From: an uncultured delta proteobacterium
GTDB taxonomy: Bacteria > Desulfobacterota > RBG-13-43-22
Length of the DNA: 64,000 nt
Direction: 5' to 3'
Assembly: GCA_963790475.1 (NCBI GenBank)
Contig: CAWBOS010000010.1
Span: 1,920,001-1,984,000 of the forward strand
The notes beneath the pieces were generated by a model. The model had not been told where the DNA came from. It worked only from the letters and a program-made list of their open reading frames with translations, and ran no database searches. Below, piece by piece: positions 51,966 through 61,722 of this stretch (position 1 is the stretch's first letter; the number at the start of each line of letters is the position of its first letter). Position numbers and translations under genes: made by a program.

Positions 51966-53294
51966 ATGAGCCGTTCAATCTTGGTTGTAGAAGACGATGA
52001 ATTAATGCGTTCTTTCCTCACCCAAATTCTGACCGAAGATGGCTATCAGGTTCAATCGGCTGAAGACGGGAAGGAGGGTTTGAAAAAAATACAAGACGCC
52101 GACTTCGATCTGGTCATTACCGATCTTAAAATGCCTAAGCTTTCCGGGCTGGACCTGATGCGGAGAGTTCAAAAAGAAAAACCGGATATCCGGTGGATCA
52201 TTATAACCGCCTTCGGTTCCATCAGTAATGCCGTAGAGGCCATCAAAGCCGGGGCCTCCGATTATTTAACCAAGCCTTTTCGAGATCCGGAAGAATTGCG
52301 TCATGTCATCCGGCGTGTCTTGAAAGAGGCCGAGGCCGAAAAAACCATCTCCCTTCTGTCTGAGGAATTAGGGAAACAATTCCCTCCCCTGGACATGATC
52401 TTTTCAGGCAAAAAAATGAAAAAGGTCCGGCAGTTGGTGCAGGATGGCGCCCCCACTTCAGCCAGCGTCCTGATTACCGGGCCAAGCGGGACGGGGAAAG
52501 AATTAGTGGCCCGGGTCATACATCAACTGAGCCTTCGGAAAGAAAAGCCGTTCATCCCTGTCCATTGCGCCGCCTTAACTGAAACCCTTTTGGAAAGCGA
52601 GCTTTTTGGACATGAACGCGGGGCCTTTACCGGGGCCTCCAGTACCCGAAAGGGTCGATTTGAACTGGCCGACGGCGGAACTGTTTTTCTGGACGAGGTA
52701 GGAGAGATACCCCTCGCGGTGCAGGTAAAACTTCTCCGGGTCCTCCAGGAACGGGAGTTTGAACGGGTAGGCGGAACAAAGGCCATTTCCGTTGATATCC
52801 GGCTTATATCCGCCAGTAACAAGGACCTCAAGGAGGAAATTTCGAGTGGTCGATTTCGAGAGGATCTATTCTACAGGCTCCATGTTTTTCCCATCAGCCT
52901 GCCCCCCCTGAATGAGCGCCGGGAGGCGATTATCCCGCTGGCCGAATATTTTGTTGGAAAATTCAGCTCCTCTTTGGGGAAAAAAATTGCCGGCTTCAGT
53001 CCGGAAGCAGAAGAATTGCTGCTAAGTTATCCCTGGCCGGGAAATATACGGGAATTGCAGAATGTGATCGAGCGGGCGGTCATTCTTGCCAGCGGTCCGA
53101 TTGATGCGGTTCATCTGAATATAGATCCTCAAGAGGAATCTTCTTCAATTGGGAAAGGGTTACTCCAAACCAATGAACGGGAATTAATACAAAAGGTCTT
53201 GGGTGAGGCCGGAGGGAATAGAAAACAGACAGCGCGGATTTTGGGCATTTCTCTTCGCACCCTTCAGTATCGGATTAAGGAATATGGACTTTAA
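51966..53294 (+). CDS. sigma-54-dependent response regulator (NtrC family)
   Basis: REC domain, GPSGTGKE, GAFTGA, WPGNIREL, Fis HTH. Confidence 0.95.
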   Translation: MSRSILVVEDDELMRSFLTQILTEDGYQVQSAEDGKEGLKKIQDADFDLVITDLKMPKLSGLDLMRRVQKEKPDIRWIIITAFGSISNAVEAIKAGASDYLTKPFRDPEELRHVIRRVLKEAEAEKTISLLSEELGKQFPPLDMIFSGKKMKKVRQLVQDGAPTSASVLITGPSGTGKELVARVIHQLSLRKEKPFIPVHCAALTETLLESELFGHERGAFTGASSTRKGRFELADGGTVFLDEVGEIPLAVQVKLLRVLQEREFERVGGTKAISVDIRLISASNKDLKEEISSGRFREDLFYRLHVFPISLPPLNERREAIIPLAEYFVGKFSSSLGKKIAGFSPEAEELLLSYPWPGNIRELQNVIERAVILASGPIDAVHLNIDPQEESSSIGKGLLQTNERELIQKVLGEAGGNRKQTARILGISLRTLQYRIKEYGL

Positions 53295-53465
53295 AGGATG
53301 AAGAAAAAAGCCCATCATCCCCGCCTTGGCAGGATTGCCTCGTCCCTCTTCAGGTCAACCTTAGAACAATTTCCTCTCATTCCTCTGAATTTCATGTATC
53401 TACCCTCGGGACTTTTTTGACCTTCCTTTTTTATTTTTTTTCTTCCTTATACTTTTGAATAATGA

Positions 53466-53499
53466 TGCACGGTTTGCATTCTGATCTGCAAATTTTGCA
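53466..53499. promoter_or_regulatory. Tandem activator sites TGCA-N5-TGCA
   Basis: TGCACGGTTTGCA and TGCAAATTTTGCA, 21 bp apart. Confidence 0.65.
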
Positions 53500-53585
53500 G
53501 CATTAAAGAGGGATTCCAAGATCGCCACGGGATCTTTAGATGATTTTCATGTGAGATTTTAGGGAATTGCCCGGACCAGTCTCAT

Positions 53586-53601
53586 TGGCACGGCCTTTGC
53601 T
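53586..53601 (+). promoter_or_regulatory. sigma-54 promoter
   Basis: TGGCACGGCCTTTGCT. Confidence 0.8.
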
Positions 53602-53636
53602 TCTTAATTCAGTAAAAACGATTAAGGAGGAAGACC

Positions 53637-53939
53637 ATGATGAAAAAATTTTTTGTACCCCTAATTGCAGGAGCATTACTGATTACCACTGCTTTTCCCT
53701 TTGCTGTGGAAGCCCGGAGAGGAGGCGGTGGCGGATCGATGGGCGGACCCTGTCTGCAAACCGGTGTCCAGAATCGGGACCGATTGCGGCTTCGGGACGG
53801 ATCTTGTCTCAACGGGAAAACAACCCGGGCCGGTTTTGGACTTAGAAGAGGAAATGCCTACGGTCCTGGGGACTGTCCAGGCAATGCAGGCTTCGGGCCA
53901 AAAGACGGGACCGGATACGGGGCCCGCTTTCAAAGGTAA
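53637..53939 (+). CDS. Small exported Gly/Arg-rich protein
   Basis: Signal peptide AVEA; RLRDGSC; GPKDGTGYG. Confidence 0.7.
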   Translation: MMKKFFVPLIAGALLITTAFPFAVEARRGGGGGSMGGPCLQTGVQNRDRLRLRDGSCLNGKTTRAGFGLRRGNAYGPGDCPGNAGFGPKDGTGYGARFQR

Positions 53940-54089
53940 TCTTAAAATTGCCGGAATTGGCGGGAGAGAAACAGCCCTATTCAATTTTTTTTTTGACGGG
54001 AGGGTGGAATCCTTTCGGTTTCCACCCCCCCACCTTCCACGTAGGGAGAATCTGTCGGAATAAAATATTTATCAGAGGTCATTAGGAAA

Positions 54090-54656
54090 ATGATTAAAAG
54101 ACATTATTGGACTCCCATCTCCTTGCTGGTTATATTCTTCATCAGTGTCGGTGTATTAGTCCATCTGATTGCCAAACCGGATTTTCACAGGGATGGATGG
54201 GCAGGCCCGCAATTTGGAAAAAATTCCATTCAAAAAATTGCATTCCAACGTGCCTCCAACACGGCCTATAAAACCACCTGTGAAGGATGCCATTTCGCTT
54301 ATCCGCCTGAGTTGCTTCCCGGATCTTCATGGAGAACAATCCTCAACCGGTTGCCCAACCATTTTGGAGAGCAGCTTTCCATTAATCCCAACGCCAGAAA
54401 AGCTATCCAAAAATACCTTATAGAAAACGGGGCGGACCGGTCTTCATCCAAAAAGTCCGTTAAAATCATGAAATGCCTCAATGGTCAAAACCCTTTGCGC
54501 ATCACCGAAATTCCATATATTCAGAAAAAGCACCGGCGGATTAAACCGGAAGTCCTTAATCGGAAATCCATAGGGTCTTTGTCGAACTGCATAGCCTGCC
54601 ATACAACGGCAGAACAGGGAAATTTCAATGAAGATTATGTGACTATTCCCAAGTAA
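54090..54656 (+). CDS. Diheme cytochrome c
   Basis: CEGCH.AYPP.LLP, NHFGE, RITE, CIACH. Confidence 0.88.
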   Translation: MIKRHYWTPISLLVIFFISVGVLVHLIAKPDFHRDGWAGPQFGKNSIQKIAFQRASNTAYKTTCEGCHFAYPPELLPGSSWRTILNRLPNHFGEQLSINPNARKAIQKYLIENGADRSSSKKSVKIMKCLNGQNPLRITEIPYIQKKHRRIKPEVLNRKSIGSLSNCIACHTTAEQGNFNEDYVTIPK

Positions 54657-54709
54657 AATATTGTACCCGATAACCGTTGAATCATTAGGACGACAGGCTT
54701 GACCCTTTT

Positions 54710-55372
54710 ATGCAAATAAAGACCTCATATCGTTTAAGATCATATCGAATTATCGAATATGAAACCGGTGTATTGTGGTGGGAAACCCATTTCGATTTTG
54801 GAAGGCAGAGGAGCGGAGAATGCTTTATTCATGGAAACATCTTAATCATAAAGCCCTGGAGTGATGAGAAGGACGGATCATTAATAGGAGAATTCCTTGA
54901 TCAATTGAAAAAATTGCCTTTTTGGGACAAGACTCTTTATTATTGTTTTTTTTCCGAACTCTTGGAAGTCAAGACCGGCCGAAGGCTGACGGCCGACCTG
55001 GTAAAACAAATGTCCTTCAGGATGAACCCCCAGCACGGTGGAGTGGAAAGGTTAAATGGACTACTGACGGGTCTATATCGGATTGATCGCTATCGTATTA
55101 CGGTCAACGATGACCGGACCATTTCATGGCACACACCCGGAGGAATGGACAGAATCATAGGCGGACAGGGAATAATCGAATCCGGGATTCTTTTTCTTGG
55201 ACCTATGATTGGGGGTGAATTAAAGCAGAACAAGCAGGAATTCCTTTACCATTTATCCCGTTTGCCGCAATGGACCGTTACTTCCGCCTGGTGTCGTCAT
55301 TCCGCTTTACGGTCTTGTCAGGAGAAACAGAAAATCAAATCTCACCGGGAAATTTCCGCTCCGCAACAATAA
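54710..55372 (+). CDS. Hypothetical protein (frame continues past TAA)
   Basis: Two similar YRI...W..H halves; same frame as the 55595 ORF. Confidence 0.55.
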   Translation: MQIKTSYRLRSYRIIEYETGVLWWETHFDFGRQRSGECFIHGNILIIKPWSDEKDGSLIGEFLDQLKKLPFWDKTLYYCFFSELLEVKTGRRLTADLVKQMSFRMNPQHGGVERLNGLLTGLYRIDRYRITVNDDRTISWHTPGGMDRIIGGQGIIESGILFLGPMIGGELKQNKQEFLYHLSRLPQWTVTSAWCRHSALRSCQEKQKIKSHREISAPQQ

Positions 55373-55594
55373 GGCAATCGATCCGGACCTGGAACGGATT
55401 CGCTTTCAAAATCCGCCCCAAGCCCAAGAGGAGAGCCTCCCCCAAAAGAACCATTCCCCGACTTTACTTTTTTTAAATCATTACCGTCTTTCTCTTCTTC
55501 GTTTAATATACCTAATTGGCCAAAATTTTCATGGCCATGGTCTTTCAAGAAAAATTCTTGGGTAACCGGCCTTATCCTATTTGTCCTGGCCGGA

Positions 55595-56239
55595 TTGATC
55601 ATTACGGGTATCGTTGTCTTTCATGCCCTCGAAGAAAAGTTCGATCGACCTCAATGGTATAAAAAACACCACCATGAACATCGCGGTGAACATCATTCCA
55701 AATGGAGACCCACGATTAATACCTTCCTGATTTTCTTCACTCTCTTTTTTATTCTTCCCTTTCTTCTACCCGTATGGGCCTCTGAAAAGGAAATCATCCT
55801 GGAAGAAAGCGGGATCCATTATCCAGGCGGGTTTGATCCGAATACGGTAGGAGAGGTACAGGGAAAGGCTTTCAATTTTTCACGGCAGGAAAAAGGTCCG
55901 GTTCGCTTTCAACTAATATCAGATCGGAAAACCTATACGATCTTAACTTCTCCCCCTTGGTACTGGAATGAAATCCAAGTCAAGATTTCTGAAGGGACAG
56001 AGGTAATTGTCCGGGGCTCGAAATCCTTTGGAAAAGACGGCAATCTGTATATTGTTGCCCAGGAAATCCGTATTCCCTTCTCCGGGCAGAATATTGTATT
56101 CCGTGGAAAAGACGGAACTCCCCTATGGAAGAATTCCGATAGGCCCGGGAGAGGGTCCCCAAGTGGGGCCGGTCCTTCTTCCGCTGGAAGAGGTAGATTT
56201 GAGACGGGGAGTGGTTCCAGGGGCCACGGCAGGCGATAA
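55595..56239 (+). CDS. Exported OB-fold-like hypothetical protein with His-rich upstream segment
   Basis: PPWYW, VRGSK, FRGKDGTPLW, Gly-rich tail. Confidence 0.55.
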   Translation: MIITGIVVFHALEEKFDRPQWYKKHHHEHRGEHHSKWRPTINTFLIFFTLFFILPFLLPVWASEKEIILEESGIHYPGGFDPNTVGEVQGKAFNFSRQEKGPVRFQLISDRKTYTILTSPPWYWNEIQVKISEGTEVIVRGSKSFGKDGNLYIVAQEIRIPFSGQNIVFRGKDGTPLWKNSDRPGRGSPSGAGPSSAGRGRFETGSGSRGHGRR

Positions 56240-56377
56240 ATGAATCTTTCGACAGCCGGTCGCCGGGAGTTTGAATAAAACATTTAAGTAACAGGGTTGG
56301 TCTGAGGAGGGTAAACAAAAATTTAGATTCCTGGTCGACCCGGGTTCCGAGAACTAATGTTATACGGCGGCAATTAA

Positions 56378-56680
56378 TTGGAAACCCTGATTATCATTCT
56401 GGTCATTATTTTTCTTGTTTATGAATTCATAGAGCATGTGGCCTTTCCTCTCGTCTGGTCCCTGTTCCGTCGGAGGAAGAAATCATTCACCGGTCCTGAG
56501 CGCATTTTAGCAGAGGTGGGAGAAGTCAAAAGATGGGATCGAAGGGAAGGATATGTTTTTGTTGGTGGGGAGCTTTGGAAAGCCGTCAGCGAATTCCCAC
56601 TAAAGGCCGGAAATAAAGTAGTGATTCAAAAAATAGAAGGCCTGACTTTGACGGTCAACCTACTGAATCCGAAAGAATGA
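56378..56680 (+). CDS. NfeD-like C-terminal OB domain protein
   Basis: TM, TGPE, GYVFVGGELWKA, IEGLTLTV. Confidence 0.75.
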   Translation: METLIIILVIIFLVYEFIEHVAFPLVWSLFRRRKKSFTGPERILAEVGEVKRWDRREGYVFVGGELWKAVSEFPLKAGNKVVIQKIEGLTLTVNLLNPKE

Positions 56681-56954
56681 AGTTATCCGATTCATTGTTC
56701 ATCTCTTTTAATTTAGACGGAAGGAATTTTACCTCGTTCTTGACACCTCTTTTCTATAAGTTTAAGGAGAAAAATTACCTAATAACGAATTCGCAAATAC
56801 CCAGAGGTAATGAGAACCTGCCATGGTTATTTCTTTAATTTTTCAGCATTAATTTATTAAAATTTATGCTATATTATTCTAATTTAGCTCGGGCCGGGCT
56901 GGCATATCAAAAGGCAGGCGGAGAAACCGGCTAGAACGGATTCAATTAAAGTTA

Positions 56955-57929
56955 ATGAACATCAAACAAAAAGCATCCCTATTTGCAATTGTTTCAGCCT
57001 TTATTCTGGCCAGTAGTAAATTTTCAGTAGGTCTCATCTCGGGTTCCATGGCCGTCCTCTCTTCGGGCCTGGACAGCCTTTTGGATGTCAGTATGTCGGC
57101 CATGAATTTCCTGGCCATAGGAAAAGCCGCCCAACCCCCCGATGATACGCACCACTACGGTCACGGTAAGGCGGAAAACCTGGCGGCTATTTTTCAAATT
57201 ATTGCCATCGTCTTCTCCGGCACCTATATCATCGTGACCTCGGTACACCGATGGATCGAACATCAAAAAATAAAATATTCCCTCTTGGATTTGGGGGTCA
57301 TGCTCCTTTCCCTTGGTTTTAGTTTTTTTATATCCAGGCGTCTGAAAAAAACAGGGGAAATCACCGGTTCCCAGGCCCTCAAAGCCGACGCCCTTCATTA
57401 TACCAGCGACATTTACTCCAATTCGGCCGCCCTCTTGGCTATTTTATTGACCTATTTTACCGGTCAGATCTTTTTTGATCTCCTTTTCGCCGTCATCGTC
57501 GGTGGTATTATTATTTACTCAGCCGGGATGATCGGAAAGAATGCCCTGTTCGGTTTGATGGATGCCAGCATTCCGAAGGCCACTGAGGAAAAATTGACCG
57601 GTATTTTGGAAGCAATGCCTTATCCCTTTGCCGGTTTTCATAAGCTCAGAACCCGCTTTTCCGGGAGCAGGATCTATGGGGATTTGCATGTCCTGTTTTG
57701 CCGGTTGCTGAAGATAGATGAGGCCCATGAACGAACCCGCGACCTGGAATTAGAAATAAACCGGAAGATCCCTTCCATGGACCTCGTCATCCACATCGAG
57801 CCCTGCGAAGAACCTTGTGAGAACACCATGGAAAGCTGTACAATTTTAAAAAAGATCAACCCAGGGAATACCCCTTCTCAGGAGCCTTATTACGGTATTG
57901 GGAAAGACCGGACCAACGAATTAAAATAA
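56955..57929 (+). CDS. Cation diffusion facilitator transporter
   Basis: DSLLD, PPDDTHHYGHGKAE, ADALHYTSD, IHIEP. Confidence 0.92.
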   Translation: MNIKQKASLFAIVSAFILASSKFSVGLISGSMAVLSSGLDSLLDVSMSAMNFLAIGKAAQPPDDTHHYGHGKAENLAAIFQIIAIVFSGTYIIVTSVHRWIEHQKIKYSLLDLGVMLLSLGFSFFISRRLKKTGEITGSQALKADALHYTSDIYSNSAALLAILLTYFTGQIFFDLLFAVIVGGIIIYSAGMIGKNALFGLMDASIPKATEEKLTGILEAMPYPFAGFHKLRTRFSGSRIYGDLHVLFCRLLKIDEAHERTRDLELEINRKIPSMDLVIHIEPCEEPCENTMESCTILKKINPGNTPSQEPYYGIGKDRTNELK

Positions 57930-57961
57930 ATTCTGTTTCTCAAAACTCAGGGAACTGACGT

Positions 57962-58483
57962 ATGAAAATATTGGACATCGGTTGTGGAAACCGGAAGATC
58001 AGCGGGGCCATTGGTCTGGATCGAAATCCAAAATCCCAGGCTGATGTCCTCCATGATCTGGATGTTCTCCCCTATCCCTTTGAGGACGACCAGTTCGACC
58101 AAATCTACGGAATTGATGTGCTGGAACATGTGGCCGATGTCATCCGGACTTTGGAAGAGATCCACCGGATCGGCCGGCCCGGGGCCCAGGTCTTCATCAA
58201 GGTTCCCCACTTCACCAGCACCCAGGCCTACGGAGATCCTACCCATCGCCACTTTTTCAACAGACAATCCCTGGATTATTTTTGCGGCGGTTTCCCGGAA
58301 TATGAATTCTATACCCAGGTTCGATTTAAAAAGATAAAGTCCCGGATCAATTTCTGGAAGATTCATCGGTTGGATGGGGTGTCCTTCCTGGCCAATCGGT
58401 TTCCAGGATATTACGAAAAGCTCTTTGCCTTTATCTTCCCGGCCATGAACATCGAGTTTCAGTTGGAAATCATCAAATTGTAG
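57962..58483 (+). CDS. Class I SAM-dependent methyltransferase
   Basis: LDIGCG, VLEH, DPTH. Confidence 0.85.
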   Translation: MKILDIGCGNRKISGAIGLDRNPKSQADVLHDLDVLPYPFEDDQFDQIYGIDVLEHVADVIRTLEEIHRIGRPGAQVFIKVPHFTSTQAYGDPTHRHFFNRQSLDYFCGGFPEYEFYTQVRFKKIKSRINFWKIHRLDGVSFLANRFPGYYEKLFAFIFPAMNIEFQLEIIKL

Positions 58484-58489
58484 CCCTTG

Positions 58490-58828
58490 TTAACCCTTTT
58501 TAATTCCATGGAGCAGTTCGCTGCCGGCCCTGGGAAAGACCTGGCGTTTGTCCAACGGGGTGGGGGCTGAGACCTCCGGCCAGATCTTGGCCATGGGCTC
58601 CGGACCTTCCTGAGAGACCTTGGATGGGGCCGAGTCAGCCATAGAGGGGTTCCGGCGTATATCGAGACCCTCGACATTATGGCTGAATTCGATAGAAATG
58701 CCGTTGGGATCAAAGGCGTAAATGGAACGGATAAAGCCGTGATCGATGACCCCGGAAACCTCGAAGCCGGCGAAGGTAAGTTTGTCTTTGATTTCCCATG
58801 GGTCGTCTTCGGTCTCCACTCGAATCAT
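58490..58828 (-). pseudogene. C-terminal half of a VOC/glyoxalase protein
   Basis: DHGFIRSIYAFDPNGISIEF; N-terminal half absent. Confidence 0.6.
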
Positions 58829-58912
58829 AGCTCCCCTCCTTGAAAAAGATGAGTGGTTGGTTTCCCAAAAAATCAGGATCAATCTTTTTGGATCACGTCT
58901 AATAAATTATTC

Positions 58913-58933
58913 TGGTGCCGAAGGCGGGAATCG
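58913..58933 (-). repeat. Isolated tRNA 3'-end fragment (att-like site)
   Basis: Reverse strand CGATTCCCGCCTTCGGCACCA; IHF consensus TATCAATTAGTTA at 58945-58957. Confidence 0.65.
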
Positions 58934-59260
58934 CTGAATAAGCGTAACTAATTGATATTAATAATAGTAATATTATAAGATTTTTTGCATTTTACTTCAA
59001 TTTATAACCTAGGCACAACTTTTTTCTTTAGTTTGCAGAGTGGAAGGCAGAGGAGCGGTTAAGGTTCCCCTACTAAACTGGAACGACCCTAGACTTTTGG
59101 GAAGTCTTTTACAGGGACGAGAATTACTACTTTTTTTATCGAAGATTTTTTAATTGCAAGGTAATGATTTTTTTGATACTTTAATAGAATTTGATTAAGT
59201 AACCATAAGAGTATCTTACCCTTATGAGCATTACTCAGATTATTAAAGGTGTGTTGGGAG

Positions 59261-61009
59261 ATGATGATGACCAAGATAAAACATGATGTCGATGTTCTTG
59301 AAAAATGCCCGACGGGCATCAAAGGGCTCGATGAGATCACCAAGGGAGGGCTTCCAAAAGGCCGGCCAACGCTGATTTGCGGCAGTGCGGGTTGCGGCAA
59401 AACACTTTTCGCCATGGAGTTTCTCATGCGGGGCGCCTTGGATTACGGAGAACCCGGGGTCTTCATGACCTTCGAGGAGACGCCGGAGGATCTCGCCAAG
59501 AACTTCGTCTCTCTTGGTTTTGATCTCCATGACCTGACGTCGCGTGGTCTCATCGCAACGGACTACGTCCACATCGAGCGAAGCGAGATTGAGGAGACGG
59601 GTGAATACGACCTGGAAGGATTGTTCATCCGCCTGGGAAACGCCATTGATTCCATCGGAGCGAAGCGGGTTGTCTTAGATACCATAGAAGCACTTTTCTC
59701 CGAACTGCCTAATGCCACTATCCTTCGGGCAGAGCTTCGTCGGCTTTTTCACTGGTTGAAAGATCGCGGTGTGACGGCCGTCGTTACGGGGGAAAGCGGC
59801 GACAAGACCCTGACCCGCTACGGGCTCGAAGAATACGTCGCCGATTGCGTTGTCCTCCTCGACTTTCGCATCGAGAAGCAAATTTCCACCCGCCGCCTGC
59901 GTATTGTCAAGTACCGTGGCTCATCTCACGGCTCCGATGAGTATCCCTTCCTGATAGACGACAGCGGCCTCTCTATCCTGCCCATCACTTCCCTGGGGCT
60001 CGACTACCCCGTTTCCGCGGAGCGCATCTCCACGGGCATCCCCAAGTTGGATACCATGCTTGATCAGAAGGGGTTCTACCGGGGCAGCACCATCCTTGTC
60101 TCCGGTACAGCGGGTACAGGCAAAACAAGTTTGTCGACTACCTTTGCCGACGCCGCCTGCCGGCGAGGTGAGCGCTGCCTGTATTTTGCCTTCGAGGAAT
60201 CGCCCAACCAGATCATCCGCAACATGGGCTCCATCGGCATAGATCTCGCCCGATGGGTGAAGAAGGGGCTTCTCAAGTTTCACTCAGCCCGGCCTTCGCT
60301 TTACGGCCTTGAGATGCATCTGGTCACCTTCCACAAGGTGATCGATGCCTTCAATCCCCAGGTCTTCATTGTAGACCCGATCAGCAACCTGAGCGCCGCG
60401 GGAACAGCATCAGAGGTCAAATCCATATTAACGCGCCTGATCGACCATTTGAAGATGAAAAAGATCTCTACTTTCCTTACGGACCTCACCCATTTTGGAG
60501 GGAGTCTTGAACACACGAGCGAAGAGATATCTTCTCTGATCGATACCTGGCTTCTTCTCCGGGATATCGAACTCAATGGGGAACGCAACCGGGGCCTCTA
60601 CATTTTGAAGTCCCGCGGCATGGCCCACTCCAACCAGATTCAAGAGTTCCTGCTCACCAACCAGGGCATTGACCTTATCGATATCTATACCGGGTCCGGC
60701 GAGGTATTAACGGGGAGTGCCCGGGCCGCCCAGGAAGCCGAGGAAAAGTCCTCTGAACTGGCACATCAGCGTGACGTGGATCACAGGCTCCGCGAGCAGG
60801 AGCGCAAGAGGAAGGCCCTGGAAGAAAAGATCGCAGCCCTCCGGGCCGAGTTCGATGCGGAATCTGAAGAGCTGCACTTGATGGTGGAAGAAGAGCGGAA
60901 AAGACAAGCTGTCCTGGCGGAAGACCGTTTAGATATGGCGCATCTTCGCCAGCGGGAACCTTCAGGAATCCGGCGAAGCACTCGAAAAAGAAAAGGGAAA
61001 GGAGAGTAA
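59261..61009 (+). CDS. kaiC: Circadian clock protein KaiC homolog
   Basis: Two RecA domains ([16 protein letters not shown]), FEE motifs, [16 protein letters not shown], coiled-coil tail. Confidence 0.95.
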   Translation: MMMTKIKHDVDVLEKCPTGIKGLDEITKGGLPKGRPTLICGSAGCGKTLFAMEFLMRGALDYGEPGVFMTFEETPEDLAKNFVSLGFDLHDLTSRGLIATDYVHIERSEIEETGEYDLEGLFIRLGNAIDSIGAKRVVLDTIEALFSELPNATILRAELRRLFHWLKDRGVTAVVTGESGDKTLTRYGLEEYVADCVVLLDFRIEKQISTRRLRIVKYRGSSHGSDEYPFLIDDSGLSILPITSLGLDYPVSAERISTGIPKLDTMLDQKGFYRGSTILVSGTAGTGKTSLSTTFADAACRRGERCLYFAFEESPNQIIRNMGSIGIDLARWVKKGLLKFHSARPSLYGLEMHLVTFHKVIDAFNPQVFIVDPISNLSAAGTASEVKSILTRLIDHLKMKKISTFLTDLTHFGGSLEHTSEEISSLIDTWLLLRDIELNGERNRGLYILKSRGMAHSNQIQEFLLTNQGIDLIDIYTGSGEVLTGSARAAQEAEEKSSELAHQRDVDHRLREQERKRKALEEKIAALRAEFDAESEELHLMVEEERKRQAVLAEDRLDMAHLRQREPSGIRRSTRKRKGKGE

Positions 61010-61010
61010 G

Positions 61011-61343
61011 GTGAAAGCTGTCATACCAACAAAGGGGAAGAAAGCAAAGACCGATTCGACAGAAGAAATCTGGAATCTCCGGTTATATGTAGCCGGTCAG
61101 ACCCAGAAATCAATTACGGCCTTTGCTAATTTAAAGAAGATCTGCGAAGAGCACCTCACGGGGAAATACCGCATTGAAGTGATAGACCTTTTAAAGAATC
61201 CCCACCTTGCTAAAGGGGACCAGATTATTGCCATACCGACACTGGTAAGGAAGCTTCCTGAACCGCTTAAAAAGATTATAGGAGATTTGGCTAACACAGA
61301 GCGCGTGCTGGTGGGACTCGACATTCGTTCTATATCCGGATGA
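61011..61343 (+). CDS. kaiB: KaiB homolog 1
   Basis: [28 protein letters not shown]. Confidence 0.93.
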   Translation: MKAVIPTKGKKAKTDSTEEIWNLRLYVAGQTQKSITAFANLKKICEEHLTGKYRIEVIDLLKNPHLAKGDQIIAIPTLVRKLPEPLKKIIGDLANTERVLVGLDIRSISG

Positions 61344-61368
61344 TAAAACCAACTTTGGAGTAACAGCC

Positions 61369-61713
61369 ATGGAAAGGAAAAGAGGGGAAACGAGCACTGA
61401 GGAATTCGAAGAAGTGGCGGCGAAGCAAGACCGGGCAAAGTATGTTCTTCGGCTGTATGTTACCGGGATGACCCCAAAGTCAACCCAGGCAATCGCCAAT
61501 GTCCAGAAAATCTGTGAAAAACACCTGGCAGGCCGCTACGAACTCAAGGTGATAGACATCTACCAGCAGCCCAAGCTGGCCAAGGGAGAGCAGATTATTG
61601 CCACCCCAACGCTCATCAAAAAACTCCCTTTACCACTCCGGAAGCTCATCGGTGACATGTCGGATACGGAAAGGTTTCTTGTCGGCATCGATCTGAAACC
61701 CAAGGATTCATGA
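61369..61713 (+). CDS. kaiB: KaiB homolog 2
   Basis: YVLRLYVTGMTPKS, IIATPTLIKKLPLP.RKLIGDMS. Confidence 0.93.
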   Translation: MERKRGETSTEEFEEVAAKQDRAKYVLRLYVTGMTPKSTQAIANVQKICEKHLAGRYELKVIDIYQQPKLAKGEQIIATPTLIKKLPLPLRKLIGDMSDTERFLVGIDLKPKDS

Positions 61714-61722
61714 GTACGATCA

